Source: Takakia lepidozioides
Lineage: Eukaryota; Plantae; Bryophyta
DNA: 64,000 bases
Direction of reading: 5' to 3'
NCBI GenBank assembly: GCA_030704615.1
Contig: CM060734.1
Span: 34,472,001 to 34,536,000, forward strand
Below the pieces are notes generated by a model. It worked only from the letters and a program-made list of their open reading frames with translations. It did no database searches and was not told the DNA's origin. Position numbers and translations under genes: made by a program. Positions 25,385 through 38,950 of this stretch are shown piece by piece; position 1 is the stretch's first letter; each line of letters begins with the position of its first letter.

Positions 25385-28300
25385 TTACTTTTGTTTGTTA
25401 CGTAGCTCCGCAACTTCGCTCTCCACTTCCAAGCAGACCTTCCGGTCAGCACTCATGTATACTCCGGACTTCGGTTTTTTTGCAACGCCTTTGTGGGGGG
25501 AAATTGTTTTTAGCCTCAGGTCTGCCACGCCATCTGGTATGCGCTTCTTCCCAGCTCTATTTGGTGAAGCAGGTTCCTCCAACTTCTTTTCCAATGCAAC
25601 AGCTGCCTCCTTCATACCCTCCCAGAGCTGGCTAGCTCGGCTTCGCAACAAAATTTTGTCCTGGGGTTTATTAACACTTTGTGGTCCCATTCTAGACGCT
25701 TCCTGCACTCCATGGATCGAACTGGCCCCTACGGTGGGGGTTATCACTACTGGTACACCCTTTGTGCTTGACCGCATGTTGAGCACCTGCGACAGACCAC
25801 AAGCTGAGACCTCAGACGCCATAACCTTCACACGAATATCAGACCACAAAACATCAGCAATGACCACCCAAATGCACTGGGAAAAACAAATGGACTGTAA
25901 AAATGCAATGGAATCAGACATTTGTGGGCGCTGTGGGTGTCTGCAATTGCACCACTCCTGTGGCAGGTACATCTTCGACTACAGTGACCGGTTCCACAGA
26001 ATGAGAAGGGACAGAAACATGTGCAAAGGTTTCGACAAGGTCTGATGAATGGTCTGCTATGGGGTCGAACATGCGGAGCACCCTATCAACGGATTGGTCT
26101 ATTGCCAGTAGTGGGTCTACAGACGAGTCGGGGTCCACAAAAGTAAGCAGCAAAACGGCCAAAGATGCATCCTCATCTACAGTAGACCCTGCCTCTAACA
26201 GATGGGGAAGGTCACCGACCAAACTGTCACAGTCATAGTCCATTGTTGCAATTGCAGAATTGGTCTGTACTATGGATAAATGAGCACTGACGCCTTCCCG
26301 GTTCTGTTCAGGCAGTGCTGTGTCAAAAGGTCTGGTGGCAAGGGTAAGGTCCACTACCATTCTCTGCTTCTCAGCAGATGTTGCAGTGGGGGGGAAAGGA
26401 ATTGGTCCTCTCATTTTCGGCAACTCGTATGTGCCAGGGAGGATGGGCGTTGCTTCCTGGGTTATCGCCAGGTCTCCAGATGGTCTGATGTCCTGCACTA
26501 GCAAGGTCTGCTGATGTTGGAATGGTGAGGTGTTGGCGTCCATACCTGTGTCGCAATGCACTCCTGCGGTGCATTTGTCAAGCAATGTACTAGCCAGGGT
26601 GTCCTCCGACAAGGTCTGATCTTCTTTCCTCTGCTCCAGCAAGGTCTGATCAGGTCTGCACTGGTTGAGAAATGTCTGCTCTGAGACGGTTTGGTGTGGT
26701 GTGGTGTGGTCTGGTATCCTCTGGTCTTTTGGGGTATGGTCTGTTGTGCACTCGTATCGTCTGGAGTCTTGCGTTGTGGTCTGGTCTTCTGTGGTCTGTT
26801 CTTGTCTTGTCTGGTGTGGGGTGGTCTGGTCTGGTCTTGTCTGGTCTTGTCGGGTCTGTTGTGGTGTGCTCTGGCCTGCATTGGTCTGCTCAGGTCTGAT
26901 TTCCACTGTAGCGGTCTGCTTTGCCAAGGTGATGGGTGCCCGCTGATCTGGAAAGGTCTGCCCATGTCCGATCTAGAAGTTGTTATCTGCAAAGGTCTGC
27001 ATAACCAAGGTCTCCCCGGTAATTTTGGGTAAGGTGTGCAATGCCTCCACGAAAGTCTGTTTTGGCAACGAAAAGTTTTTGTCACCCACATTCTTTGGCT
27101 TGGGATCACTGGCAATCCAGTCGGGGGTCTGCTGTTCCTTGTTCTCCGTAATCCAGTTGGGGTTCTGCTGGTTGGCATGTCGGTACTTGGGATTTGGCTG
27201 GGAAGGGTCTGCTCGCTCCACAGTCTGCTCGCTGCGGGTCTCCTGGGTCTCCATGGGAGTTGGGTTCTGTGTGTCTGCTGTTGTACGAACTCCAATGAGC
27301 CTACACTTAACGGGTGACTCGACTCCAATATGGCCACGGAGGGCTCGTAGAAGCTGCCTTGTGCCATTGGCGTACTGGTCAAGAGCATTCCGAACAAGCT
27401 CGTCCTCTGGATCATACTCTGCAACATGTCACAAACACGTCAAAAACAAAGCACTCATCCCTGGTCTGCTAACAAACGGAAGAATACATGGGGGTTTGAT
27501 TCACATGGGGCTCTGTTGGTTGTCATGGTTCATAAAGTCTGCTAGAAGGTCTTCGTTCGTGGTCAACGTCAAGGTCTATTCAAAAGGTCTGTTTAAAAGG
27601 TCTGTTCAAAAGGTCTGTGTAAAAGGTCTGTTTAAAAGGTCTGTTTAAAAGGTCGGTGTAAAAGGTCTGTTAACAAGGTCTGTAGGTTTGATGACATACC
27701 ATGATCTAGGACTGTGGTCCACAGCCCAATATCTTTCATAAGCCGATCCATGAAGGCCTCGTCAAGCTCTCCCAGAGCTGCAACACGGTCCTCTGCTGGA
27801 AACCCGCTCCAAAGCACTTGGAAAGCATGTCGTTTGTTGAATGCAATGTCGAAAACCGCACGCTCCTGCACAGTCACAACCACATCATGGCGTCTTGCGT
27901 GATACTTTCCCGAGCCTCTTCGCTTCCGTGCAGCAGGTCCATCCGCAGATTGTGAAGGTCTTTTTTTAATTTGGTGTAAGACCTCGAAATTGCATCCATT
28001 GACGGCGGAGGAAACAATCTGCCATCTCCTCAAAAGGAGTCTCTGTCAAGCTCACTAAGTGCTTCGGACGAACACCAAATATTGGGTGGGCGATGGCCAT
28101 GTGCCTTATCTCCAGTGGGCGTGGGTCGTGCATGAGAAAGAGCTGTGTGATAAGCAGTGGCTCGGTCTCCTCTGCCGGAAGCGCCACTCCATACTCATGG
28201 GCTTTGTCCAAAACACGGGTGGCCTCCTCCGCCGTGAACTCCATTGAGGAGTGCTGCGGAGCAAAGGTCCACCGGGAGGCGACGATGCGGTGAAGCTCAT

Positions 28301-30366
28301 TGTACCAGTCCAGATGCCGATTGTTTTCCCCACAACGAAACTTCGGAAGAGTGGGGTCCTCCTCATCAGTTGCAGACCGCTGTGGAGGACGCCATGGTCT
28401 GCCAAATGGGAAAACAGTCCGACCACGCAATGTGGTCTGCTGAGGGTCTGCTGAAGAGGTACGAAGGTCCGCTGGAGGACGGGTCACGGAAGAAAGGTCC
28501 ACTGAGCCGGGTCTGCTAGTCTGACCGGCGCTCTCAAAAGCCTTTACAACAGACGGAGGGAGGCCTGCTGCGCGGCCAGTGGTACCATCCTGAATTGATG
28601 CAATGGCATCAGCCGACCGTGGATACAGACTCAGGATGTAGTCACAAATATCACGGACCTCATTCCAGACAAGTGTATTTTCCAAGGGAGGACCGTTCAA
28701 CCTGTACTTCCAGATTTGCAAAGCCTTGTACACTCGGTTGTCTTGCGCATTCGCCTCCTGAAAATAAACAGCAATATTGGCCTTCACATTAGACCAGTAG
28801 ACCATAGAGCAGTAGACCATAGACTAGTAGACCAGTCAAGATTGGGCCCGACAATAGACCAGTAGACCATACACCAGTAGGCCATTACAGTAGACCAGTA
28901 GAGCATAGTAGTAGACCATAGCCGTGGACCCATGCAGCAGACCACAGCCACGACAGTAGTGCGCCTTTCAAAGCAACTGCAGTACCATGTTGCGCAAAGC
29001 AGACCCAAAACAGTAGACGGTTCGCAGCAGACCACATATATAATAATAATAATAATAAAACACTATGATTTGCAACAGGGGAAAGTAGTCGCACGGTTCT
29101 GGACCTATAGAGCAGACCACAACCAGAACAAGTAATGCAGTACCATGTACAGAATAGCAGACCCAGAATAGTAGACCGACAGCAGCGGGCCACACATACA
29201 ACACCCAGCATAGCATATCACTAATTGCAACCAGGAAATCGAAAGACTCAAATACGGTAGATGGCAGAAAAAGTGGTTCAAGTACCTGGAGGCCGTTGTA
29301 GTCTTCATCCATTGGGTGTGATCGTGCCTCCACCCACTTTTTCTCGGCTGTGTCAATGGTCTGTTGTATCTGCCCTGATCTCACATAAGCATACAAAAAA
29401 GGGAAAAAATCCGGATCTGATTCATCTGGGTACTGGTCTGGCAGAAGACCGTGGGGAAGCAGGTACAATGTGCCAGGGCGGACAGGGGTGCCCATTACAT
29501 CTCCATGAGCGTCAGTAAGGGTCTGCTGTTTCTTGGTCTGCTTGTTGGGTCTGATATAGGTGGGCGTCGTGGGTCTGTTTGAGGGTGTGATTCCTCCATG
29601 GGGATGTCCGAGTCAAGGGTTATGTCATGTACCGGCGGAGCGTACCCAATGGGGTCGTTCACCAAGTACGGTCTCACAAGTAGTCCCGTCCGCTCCGTCG
29701 ACATGTCCTGAACATGATCCTCCTCTTCATGAGAGTCTTCCTCACTTGAGTCATCCCCACTGGACGACAAAGTTGAAACGACAGCCTGTGGTCTGCTGGT
29801 GTTGGTCTGCTGGGCCTGACCTGGTTGCAATTCTTTGCTACTCACTCACATATCCCGTGGTCTGCCAATGCTGGTACTGCCAGATCTGTGACTTTTGCGG
29901 TCTACATTTTTTTTAGCTCCATCACTGAGCTTCCTTTTCTTCACTAGCACAACGAGGCCGGGGCCCAGCAGGCCGGCTTCATGTAATAATGCTGCCGCAC
30001 TTCCTCAGCAGACCGAGCGACGGCACGCGCACCCCTACATTTTGCAGTGATTTCTTTTGCGGCCTTAGACGAACTTGGCTTGGGCCAAGGCTTGAAGTTC
30101 TCAGGGACCATACCTTTGCATCCTCCATCAAGGGCATGGCGGTTTAGAGTCTCTTTGTCCTTGATAATATCAAGGCAAAAGGGGCACTGAAACCGATCCT
30201 TTGGCCAGTTCTCTTTCTCCTTCGCTACGCGCAAGTCCAAAAATGCTTCTACTATTTTAGCATCGTACTCACTTGGCTCATACCAGTACCTTCTCTTGGC
30301 TTTGTGGCGAGGGGCATGCACATATTCCACCCAATCGACTCCACCCTTTGGGCAAGCTTCTTCCAT
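25385..30366 (-). CDS. Antisense multi-exon ORF cluster of unknown function inside the MULE; N-terminal C2H2-like zinc finger, low-complexity Q/T/P/D tracts, basic C-terminus
   Basis: Successive minus-strand ORFs 30366-29944 (CPFCLDIIKDKETLNRHALDGGC), 29845-29495, 29495-~29220, 28820-27966, 28033-27632, 27427-25914, 25972-25385. Exon structure not resolved; may be a pseudogene or more than one gene. Confidence 0.5.
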
Positions 30367-32049
30367 GGCTGCAACCTAAGGAGGAATTGTGTCAGAGACG
30401 GTATGCTAAATGCAAATGAAGAAGAGCAAGCAAAAAAGGAAATGAAGGTCTGGCGGTGAAGAAGTCTGATGAAGTTGATACCTTTGCACTTCGGCAACGA
30501 CGGGCATGCGGCCTTTGAAGAGCGGGCAGGCGGCGCTACAAACGAATCGTCGAGTCGAAGAGGCAGAAATCGCGAAGCGCAACACACCGTGCAGTCGCAA
30601 AGTGGAGAGACGCGAAAGACGCAAGAGGAGGAAGAGGCGAGGACCCCAACGTAACGGCTCACTGCTAAGCGTGACAGGAGCACGCGTGCGACCGCCGAGG
30701 CCATGCACGTCGGCCATTGGACTGCCGTCGAAACATCTAACATCCCGGAGGCACAATAATGGCCACCGCCAAGGACTTCCATGGTCTGCCCTAAGTCTCC
30801 ACCAAAAGGGTCGGCCAAAAGGGTCCGCCAAAATGGTCTGCCAAAAGGGTCTGTGGCACTGGTCTGTCGCATTCGTGAGGCAAAGATTGTTTGCACTCGG
30901 TCTGCCGTCGGGGTCTGACTAGAGTTCTCCAGGCTGGTCTGTTGGTTCGGTCTTGTCGTTTGGACTGGCATGGTGCACTCTTCTCTTCTCCTGCTCTACC
31001 CATCTGGTCTGCCCTCTGTCTGCAGTGTGTCCCTACCCGTTTCACCATTTCAATGGTCCCCCAGCTGGGTCTCTGCATCCCCGCACTATCATGGTAACAC
31101 TTGGAAGGTCCACTGGTCGGTTGCACAAAATATTCTGCCACACATGCCCATTTCGTCCTGCATCGATGGGTCCACCTGCAAACAACATCCAAGAGACGGA
31201 ACTCGGGTGGAAATTGGAATTTTATACAGCCAGCCATGCACATATGCTTCCGTTATTTTTGCAGTGCCATTCCACACATGCTATATGGAGGACAAGCCTC
31301 GAACAAGACAGTGTGACAAGGGAAAGGCCGATTCTCAATTGTTGTCCGCTAAATGAGTCGTACTTGTTAGCAAAGACCTAAATACTTCCATTCAAGTCTG
31401 CACTGTAAACTCAATGTAACTCACTTCCCCGCGCTCAAACAGTGCGAACAACAAAGCAAAAATAGTAGAAGCATATGAACAAAAGAGGCTGTGGCTTGAA
31501 ACGATGGACTCCAACGTTGCCAGAGAGTCCATGGAGTCATGCAAAGGGATTCTTCACAACCGCCGAGTCTGTTGGTTCTAAACAGTCAAACAACAAACAG
31601 CAACAAGCAACACGAAAAAATAAAAATAAAATAAAATAAAATAAAAAAATTGAGGAGATCGGCGAGTGCCATGGCATGCCCTAAATCCGGATGGTCTGGA
31701 TAAAACCGGATCTGGACGGGCAGATGCGCACCACGTAGGTCTGGGTTTGTTGTGCCGGTCTGGGGTGGTCTGCCGGACGACATGCACAGACCAAGCTTGG
31801 GCAAACCGCAGCAAGGGCAGACCCACTGGGGACTCGATGGCGGGCGGGCGGGGGCCGCGATCCGGGGGCGGGTTGGGCGGCGTGCGGGGCTGCCGACCGC
31901 GCTGTGCGGCTGGCAGGTGGGGTGGGCGGGGCGGGGGAGGGCGACCCCGCGTCCGTACGGGCGTGCGCGCCCTGTCCCACACGCGCGACATAAACTCCCA
32001 ATTATTCAAAAATGAGAGGCGATTCTAAAAGATATTGGGTGGTATCTTT

Positions 32050-34973
32050 GTCGGTTTCGCATAAAGAGGTCCATGATAACATCGTCAAAGCTGGAATTGT
32101 ACCAGATGTCATTGTGAACACTACCCTGGTGGACATGTATGCCAAACGTGGATGTATTAAGGATGCGAAGGGAGTTTTCAACACTATGGTTGAACGAGAT
32201 GTCACTACAGCAAATGGGGGGGGTTTGCGACGCCAGCCGCGCCCTCACGCCCCGCGCGGCGCTGAGTCCGCGACGCTGAGCCCGCGGCGTTTTTTTTGCG
32301 ACGTCCCGGCGTCGCAATCCCCCGCTGCGACATCATTATGACGCCCAGCCGTCATAAGGTGGCATGAAGGGGGAAAGAGGGCCCTTGCTGCGACGGATTT
32401 TTTTTCTTACGACGCCCCAACGTCGGAAATCCAATTTTATTTTTATTTATTTTTAATAATATTTTTAAGACGTTGCGACGCCTCGGCGTCGCAAAAGCGT
32501 CACTAAGGGCGCCCCAGCGCCTCCGCGACGCCAAGGCGTCGCAACAATATCACCACAGTGGGAGTTTTTTTTTTTTTTTTTTTGGGGCTTTGCGGCCCTC
32601 AACTTCACAAAAGCGTGGGACGCCCAACGTTGCAACGTCAAGGGGTCGCAATGGTGTTGTGGTCAGCTTAGGTCCACACAAGGACGTCGCTTGGGGCGCC
32701 TGGCGGTGGCGGGGTACAACAACGGCGACGATGCTGGAGCTGGGGCTGGGCCTGGGGCTGGGCACTAAGGCTTTGGAGGTTGCAACTCCCCGCCATCACA
32801 AGATAGACCCCTTTAGAAACTTGAAAGAACTTGAATGAACTCTTTATATGTGTATATATATATATTTAGATTGCTTTTGTGATACATAGATGTAGCGTAG
32901 GTGTGTTGGTTAGTTTGTAGTGTCTTAGAAATGTTATAATGTGGAGGTCTTAGGTTCAAGTATGCGTTGCATGATATATGTAGAACAATGAACATAACTC
33001 CATTAGGAGTCAATGATCAACGTCGGAGTCAATGGTCAACAAATTTTTGAAATTCAAAATTCAAATTCAAATTTTTCCGCCTAAATTCAAATGTACCCCC
33101 TTAAATTGTGACGTCCGGGCGTCGCACTTTGCGACCCCTGGACGGTGCTAATTTTGCATTGCAGAATAGGGTTTTTTTTTTTTTTTTTTTTTGTCCGACG
33201 CTTGGGCGTTGCAAATCGTGGTTTCGCATATTTGCGACCCCCATTTGTCGCAAATTTGCGATGTTTTTTTGGCGACGGGCTTGCGATGCCCGGACGTGGC
33301 AAATTTGGTTTTTTTCCCCGTCCGAAAAGGGCTGTTTTACGACGCTGCGGCGTTGAACCCCCCCCCCACCCCCCCCACCCCCCCCCCCCCCCCCCTTTTT
33401 TTTTTCCTGTAATGTGTGGTGTCATGGAACACGATGCTTGTAGGATATCCACAGTAGGGACGTGGTAGGGAGGCTTTGGAGACCTGTGATCAAATGATGG
33501 GGGAAGGGGTAGAGCCCGACCACATCACGTTTCTGTGCATTTGCAATGCGTGTGCAAGCCTGGCAGCTCTGGAAAAGGGCAAAGAGGTCCATGGCGACAT
33601 TGTCAGAGCTGCAATTGTACCAAATGTCATTCTGAACAATACCCTCGTGGACATGTATGAAGGGAGTGTTCGACAGTATGGCTGAATGATGGTGTCGTGG
33701 AGTGCGATGATTGCAGGATATGTACAGCAAGGGCGCGAGATGGAGGCTTTGGAGACCTATGAGCAAATGATGTGCGAAGGGGTGAGGCCCAACCACATAA
33801 CGTTTGTTTGCATTTGCAATGCGTGTGCAAGCCTGGCACCGTGGAAAAGGGCAAAGATGTCCATGGTAACACCGTCAGAGCTGGAATTGTACCCGATGTC
33901 ATTCTGATCAACACTGCCTTAGTGGACATGCATGTCAAATGTGGGTGCATCGAGGATGCAAAGGGAGTGTTCGACAATATGGTTGAACGAGATGTGGTGT
34001 CGTGGAGTGCAATGATTGCAGGTATGCACAGCAAGGGTGCGGGACGGAGGCTTTGGAGACCTATGAGCAAATGATGTGAGAAGGGATGAAGCCCGACCAC
34101 ATCACGTTTGTGTGCATTTGCAATGCGTGTGAAAGCCTGGCAGCTCTGGAAAAGGGCAAAGAGGTCCATGGTGACATGGCAGTACAGGTGTGGCCGACGG
34201 TTCCAGAAGTCAGACAAGCTGCAGGTTTGTCAACTTATGTGTTGGCTTTTACTTGGTTGCTCACCATTTCTTCACTAGAGTCCACATCAGTTTTCTTTGT
34301 TTGGGCGTGGCTATCAGCAAATGATGTGGAAAGGGGTGAAGCCCGACCACATCATGTTTATGTGCGTTTGCAAGCCTGGCAGCCCTGGAAAATGGCAAAG
34401 AGGTGCATGGTTGCATCGCCAAAGCTGGAATTGTACCAGATGTGATTCTGAACTATACCCTCGTAGACATGTATGCCAAATGTGGGAGCATTGAGGATGC
34501 GGAGGGAGTGTTCAACAATATGGCTAATCGAGATTTGGTGTCATGGAATGTCATGCTTGCAGGATATGCACAGCAGGGGCGCGGGATGGAGGCCTGGGGG
34601 AAGGGGAGGCCTTGGAGACCTATGAAAAAATGATGGGGGAACGGGTGAAGTGTAACCACATCACGTTTCTATGCGTTTGCAATGCTTGTGCAAGCCTAGC
34701 AGCCCTGGAAAAGGGCAAAGGGTGCATGGTATTGTACCAAATGTCATTCTGGACATTGCCCTGGTGAACATGTATGCAAAATGTGGGTGCATTGAGGACG
34801 CAAAGGGAGTATTTGACAATGTGACTGAATGAAATGTGGTGTCGTGGATGATCGCAGGATATGCCCAGCATGGTTGTCATAGGGAGGTCCTGCAACTATT
34901 TGAAGGAATGCAAAAGAATGGCTTGAAGCCGGACAATATCACCTTTATATGTGTTCTCTCTCCATGCATCCAC
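32050..34973 (+). pseudogene. PLS-class PPR tract (N-terminal part of a PPR-DYW RNA-editing factor pseudogene), interrupted by a CACTA MITE
   Basis: Repeating P-L-S motifs: VEPDHITFLCICNACASLAALEKGKEVHGDIVRA.IVPNVILNNTLVDMY.KCG.IEDAKGVFDNMVERDVVSWSAMIAGY, with many frameshifts and stops; ends at [12 protein letters not shown] (~34973). Confidence 0.9.
32203..33414. mobile_element. Non-autonomous CACTA element (1212 bp) with 3-bp TSD TGT and GCGACGCC subterminal repeats
   Basis: tgt|CACTACAGCAAATGGGGG ... CCCCTTTTTTTTTTCCTGTAATG|tgt. Removing it restores the PPR motif ERDV|VSWNTMLVGY. Confidence 0.85.
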
Positions 34974-35566
34974 AGGCACAAACATCTAACCATGGTTCTA
35001 TACTCCAATGAGAACTGTTGGTTAAATGGGTGTATATCCAAATCCGTATTGGTTAATTTTTGGTCCCAAATCAAAGATATGTATAGGTTCGTCGTGCTAC
35101 AGTGGGAAGGCATGGGGAAGCATTTCAGTCGCTCATGTCGCCCTTATGGGATAGTAAGGTGGCGGCTAAAATGCCCTTAGTGCAAAGTGTCCACAAATTT
35201 GATTTGTTTGTTTTTTTTTTGTTTTTTAAAAAGGGAAACACCTGGGAGCGACAACTCACAAATCAGGCCCCTTAATAGTGAGAGGAGAAAAGTAACCTCT
35301 TTCATAGTAACTCCGCCATGAAGGTGTAGGAATGGGACAACACCCAGGATTCCAAGGAGAAGAGTATACCACACCCCTTAGTAGCAAGATTTGACCCCAG
35401 AATCATCTGGGTGGCTACACAGATCAATGAATGAAGCGAGACACTTGCATCTTGCACTCAACAGTACATGATGGTCAGTACTCTCAAGAAATGGTGGATG
35501 GTCTGAGTAGCTACACGGATCAATGAATGAAGCAAGATACTAGCATCTTTACAAGAAAACATCCTT

Positions 35567-36077
35567 TCACCAGTAATCACCACAAGAACAAATCCCATCT
35601 TCAAAGTGGTGGAAAGTAGTTACCGTCCCATACAACAATTGCTCGGCCAACAATCTTTGAATTTGGTGGAGGTGTGGCAGTCTCCACACACTCGAAGATT
35701 CTTGACGAGTCGTGCTAATCAGCCCAAAACCAATGGCCTTGGTGGCAAAGAGAAAATTCCTTTCCTCCACATCATGCAATAAAAAACGTGTGTCAGGCAC
35801 ATACCCCGCCTCCTTCATCTGCCCAGACAATCTTCTCAGCTCAGCATGGATTTCCTTAATTCTGGATGCAACTTGTCATCTGGCTCCTTTCTAACCCCTC
35901 TGACCTTCATCATTCTTCTCACCTTTGCAGTAGATTCATCGCACCTGCCAGCTGCAGCATAGATGTTTGATATAGCAACACATAAGTTGCGGCATCCTGG
36001 TCATCCCACTTGAGGATAGATGTTGCCACACATTCAGCCATCTCGACATTGCCATGGATTCTGTAGGCACCAAGCAA
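35567..36077 (-). pseudogene. E/E+/DYW C-terminal part of a PPR-DYW gene (degenerate)
   Basis: LGAYRIHGNVEMAE...; QMKEAGYVPDTRFLLHDVEE; KNLRVCGDCH in another frame; FHHFEDGICSCGDYW*. The HSE zinc-ligand segment is deleted. Confidence 0.9.
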
Positions 36078-37519
36078 CACTACAAGAGATGAGTATTTTT
36101 AGGACTACGGGTTTGGTGGAGTCATAAAAACTGCACTAGGTACATGACTACAGAACGCTGAAATGCATTACAGTTTTAGTTTTATGACTTTGTAGTAATG
36201 GATATCACTACATGACTCCGGAAAGTTAGGGAACATTGGTCAAACATTGTTGACCATGATGACAGGGATGGTTTATATGACTAGTGTGATATGTTTGACT
36301 ACACGTGGACGACGTTTCATGGAATCTTATGACTCCATGACTGAAGATGGTTTCAGAGCTCTATTTATACGACTACATCACTACACGTGTCATTTTGAAG
36401 GCACATATAATGCAAATAAGGTTGCCCATTAGGTTTTAAAAAGTTAAATTTTTTGCTAATAAGGTTGCCCATTAGTGTAATCGTAAACAGAAAGGAGGGC
36501 TGGGACTTGGCGTCTTTTTGTCTCCTGCGCCACACCACATAGCTGAGGGATGGAACGCGATGATAGCAGGATATGCAGGGGCGTGAGATGGAGGCGTTGA
36601 GCAAATGATGCACGAAGGAGGAAAGGAGGAGGAGACAAGACGAGACGAGGACAAGCGAGCTCGCCGTTCTTGGGACGGTCAGCTTGGTCTTAGCAAGAGT
36701 GTTTCAATCTCTGACTACTCATCTACGCCGTAGTGGTTCGATCTGACAGACCAATCCGACATTACCTGACTACAGACACAAGCAGAGGTCATCGGTCAAA
36801 TCCTCCATGGGTCAGGACAGGTCAAGGACAATGTGGTAGGGCACCTTCTTCTTCAACCTATTTCAGCCTGTGTTGCCCTCTCATCAGACCGCAAGATGCA
36901 TATTGAATTCTGAAAGTTAGGTCGTTGGGTACATCTGTGGTGGTTTGGAGTGACTTTGGCAAGTTACTGCCAGTGTGGCAGCAGGGAAGTATCTAATAAC
37001 ATATAATAGAGGTGAGGAGAAGCGGTGGGGTGAACACTTTCCGACCCCAATGCAAAGAGAAACGCTTCCTGCAATGCACGCTGCATTTCTACCTCCAATC
37101 CACCACTCTCATCTGCGTTCTCTGTGACATTGGGCTCCCGCTGTGCCGCAGGGCCTTCGTCTTCATCATCTGAATATTCACATCCCTGCATCCCAATAGT
37201 CATCTTGTGAGTGGACCAACAACGATGTGACACTTGTTCATATTATGACAGGAGGCACGGTGACGTTGCAGTGATGCAGTCATATTTACGTATGTATCTT
37301 ATGAATATACACCCAATCAAAACACGACATTTGTAACCATTGAAGTCATAGTTGCAGTCACTTACTTAGTCATATATGACTACATGACTACACATGACCA
37401 ATGAAAACACGACATGTGCATTAATTAAAGTGATAACGGAAGTGGCGTACTCATACTCACGTCTGTATCTTATGACTTCTTGACTACAATCACCCAACGA
37501 AATGTCGACATGTGGAGAA

Positions 37520-37790
37520 GAGGATCGTTGCATTCAAAATTCAAACTAAAGTGCTGAAGGGAAAGTGGCGATCTTACCGGAAGAGAACAGCGTTGGAGAA
37601 GAGGATCCCTCCCGTGTATCATGTAATGATTCCTCAGTGTTTCCAACAAGAGTACTTTTCCTCCATGACACTCATCGCAGTTGCATAGCATTTTTGTATG
37701 CCCATTCCTTGTGGCATAAGCTTCTTCCATTCGCCATAGACGGTCATCTATTCTACGCCTACGCATCCGTTCGCCACCTGCACTGTACAT
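37520..37790 (-). pseudogene. Transposase-associated (CxCxxC...H) N-terminal domain of a CACTA TnpD-like transposase, truncated
   Basis: KMLCNCDECHGGKVLLLETLRNHYMIHGRDP resembles the CPCxxC...HL..G N-terminus of En/Spm transposases. No DDE core was seen. Confidence 0.55.
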
Positions 37791-38253
37791 GCTTTGAACG
37801 TCACCCCTTCCCTCTTTGCATGCTACGCACAGTGCATTGTCTCTAGTTTTGCACCAGCTGCCAATGTGCTATTTCTATATCTATAGTATACTATAAGTAT
37901 CGTTTCTGAGTGTCCATGGTGAAGCGGAAGGTCTTCGAAGTGACAGTCCCTCTCACTGAGTACGAGAAGTTCCGAGAGCGCCGGATTGCTGCCATAAAGG
38001 AGGTGGAAGCAACGTTCAAGCAGTCGATAGATGGGTGAGTTTAGTTCCTGACTTTGGATACCCACCCACTAAACTTGCGATTTGCCTTATCCTCTAACCT
38101 TCCTACAGCGATCATAAGCTTCATAGCACAAATGGGGGCGAGTAGCTGCGACTTGTACAAACAGAGAGGCAAACAACATGCAGTGAGTGACGATTAGATT
38201 TGAGGAGGGTGTGTCATTAGGCGGGAGATGTCCGCCGTCATTCGTGGGCAGGC

Positions 38254-38950
38254 TGTCGTGCGCATACATATCGCTACACAACTACATCGCTGTCCAAAAC
38301 CACACAACACATGTGCACACCACACACTAGTATACCACTAGTCCACCACTAGTCCAACCACTAGGCTACAACTAGTCAGTCACTAGGCTGCCACTATGCT
38401 GCCCACTATGGCAGTCACTAGTCCACACAATAGATAAAGAAGAAGAATACAAGCACAAGCTCATGCGAGCTCACAAAGCTGAAGCATAAACTCATGCATA
38501 TATAACCTCATCACTCAAATACAAGTCAAGCCAAGTGCACCCCACGCCATGGGGAATCCACACTACGGCGCCATAGCTAGGCGCGGTGAGGCTCAACTCG
38601 AGAAAGATGAGCCTTCCGCGCTTGCCGTGAAGATAACCACTCCAGGGCCTAAATCTGCCTTGACCCCTGGATTGACACTTGGGCCAATCCCAAATGTCAA
38701 TATGTAAAAGCTAGCTATTTCCTAGCTAGTTTCACACTAGTGGTAAAATAACTTGACAGCTGTCGTGCGCATACATATCGCTACACAACTACATCGCTGT
38801 CCAAAACCACACAACACATGTGCACACCACACACTAGTATACCACTAGTCCACCACTAGTCCAGCCACTAGTCCAACCACTAGGCTACAACTAGTCAGTC
38901 ACTAGGCTGCCACTATGCTGCCCACTATGGCAGTCACTAGTCCACACAAT
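38254..38950 (-). repeat. 3'-terminal repeat block A-B-gc-A' (complete PPT-defined LTR 38948-38433 plus an extra A half)
   Basis: A and A' differ by a 12-bp CCACTAGT-type indel. B matches 49099-49424 with about 5 substitutions counted by eye. PPT-like AGGGGGGCG on minus at 38959-38951. Confidence 0.9.

Larger units (their letters stand above)
19399..32018 (+). mobile_element. Mutator-like element (MULE), 12.6 kb, with ~350-400-bp GC-rich terminal inverted repeats
   Basis: Left end CTCTCATTTTTTAATAATTGGGAGTTTATGTCGCG... (19399) is the reverse complement of the right end ...CGCGACATAAACTCCCAATTATTCAAAAATGAGAG (32018). Similarity continues inward to ccggatttagggcatg (~19776 / ~31675). Flanks gattcctaaaag / gattctaaaag may be a degenerate TSD. 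Confidence 0.88.

Noticed and set aside
38254-38758. Simple solo LTR next to an independent element
   Set aside because: A+B does start TG and end CA, but it is not flanked by its own TSD (aggc on the left, gctg on the right). The TSD pairs only with 49425-49428, and the PPT points to A' as the LTR start.
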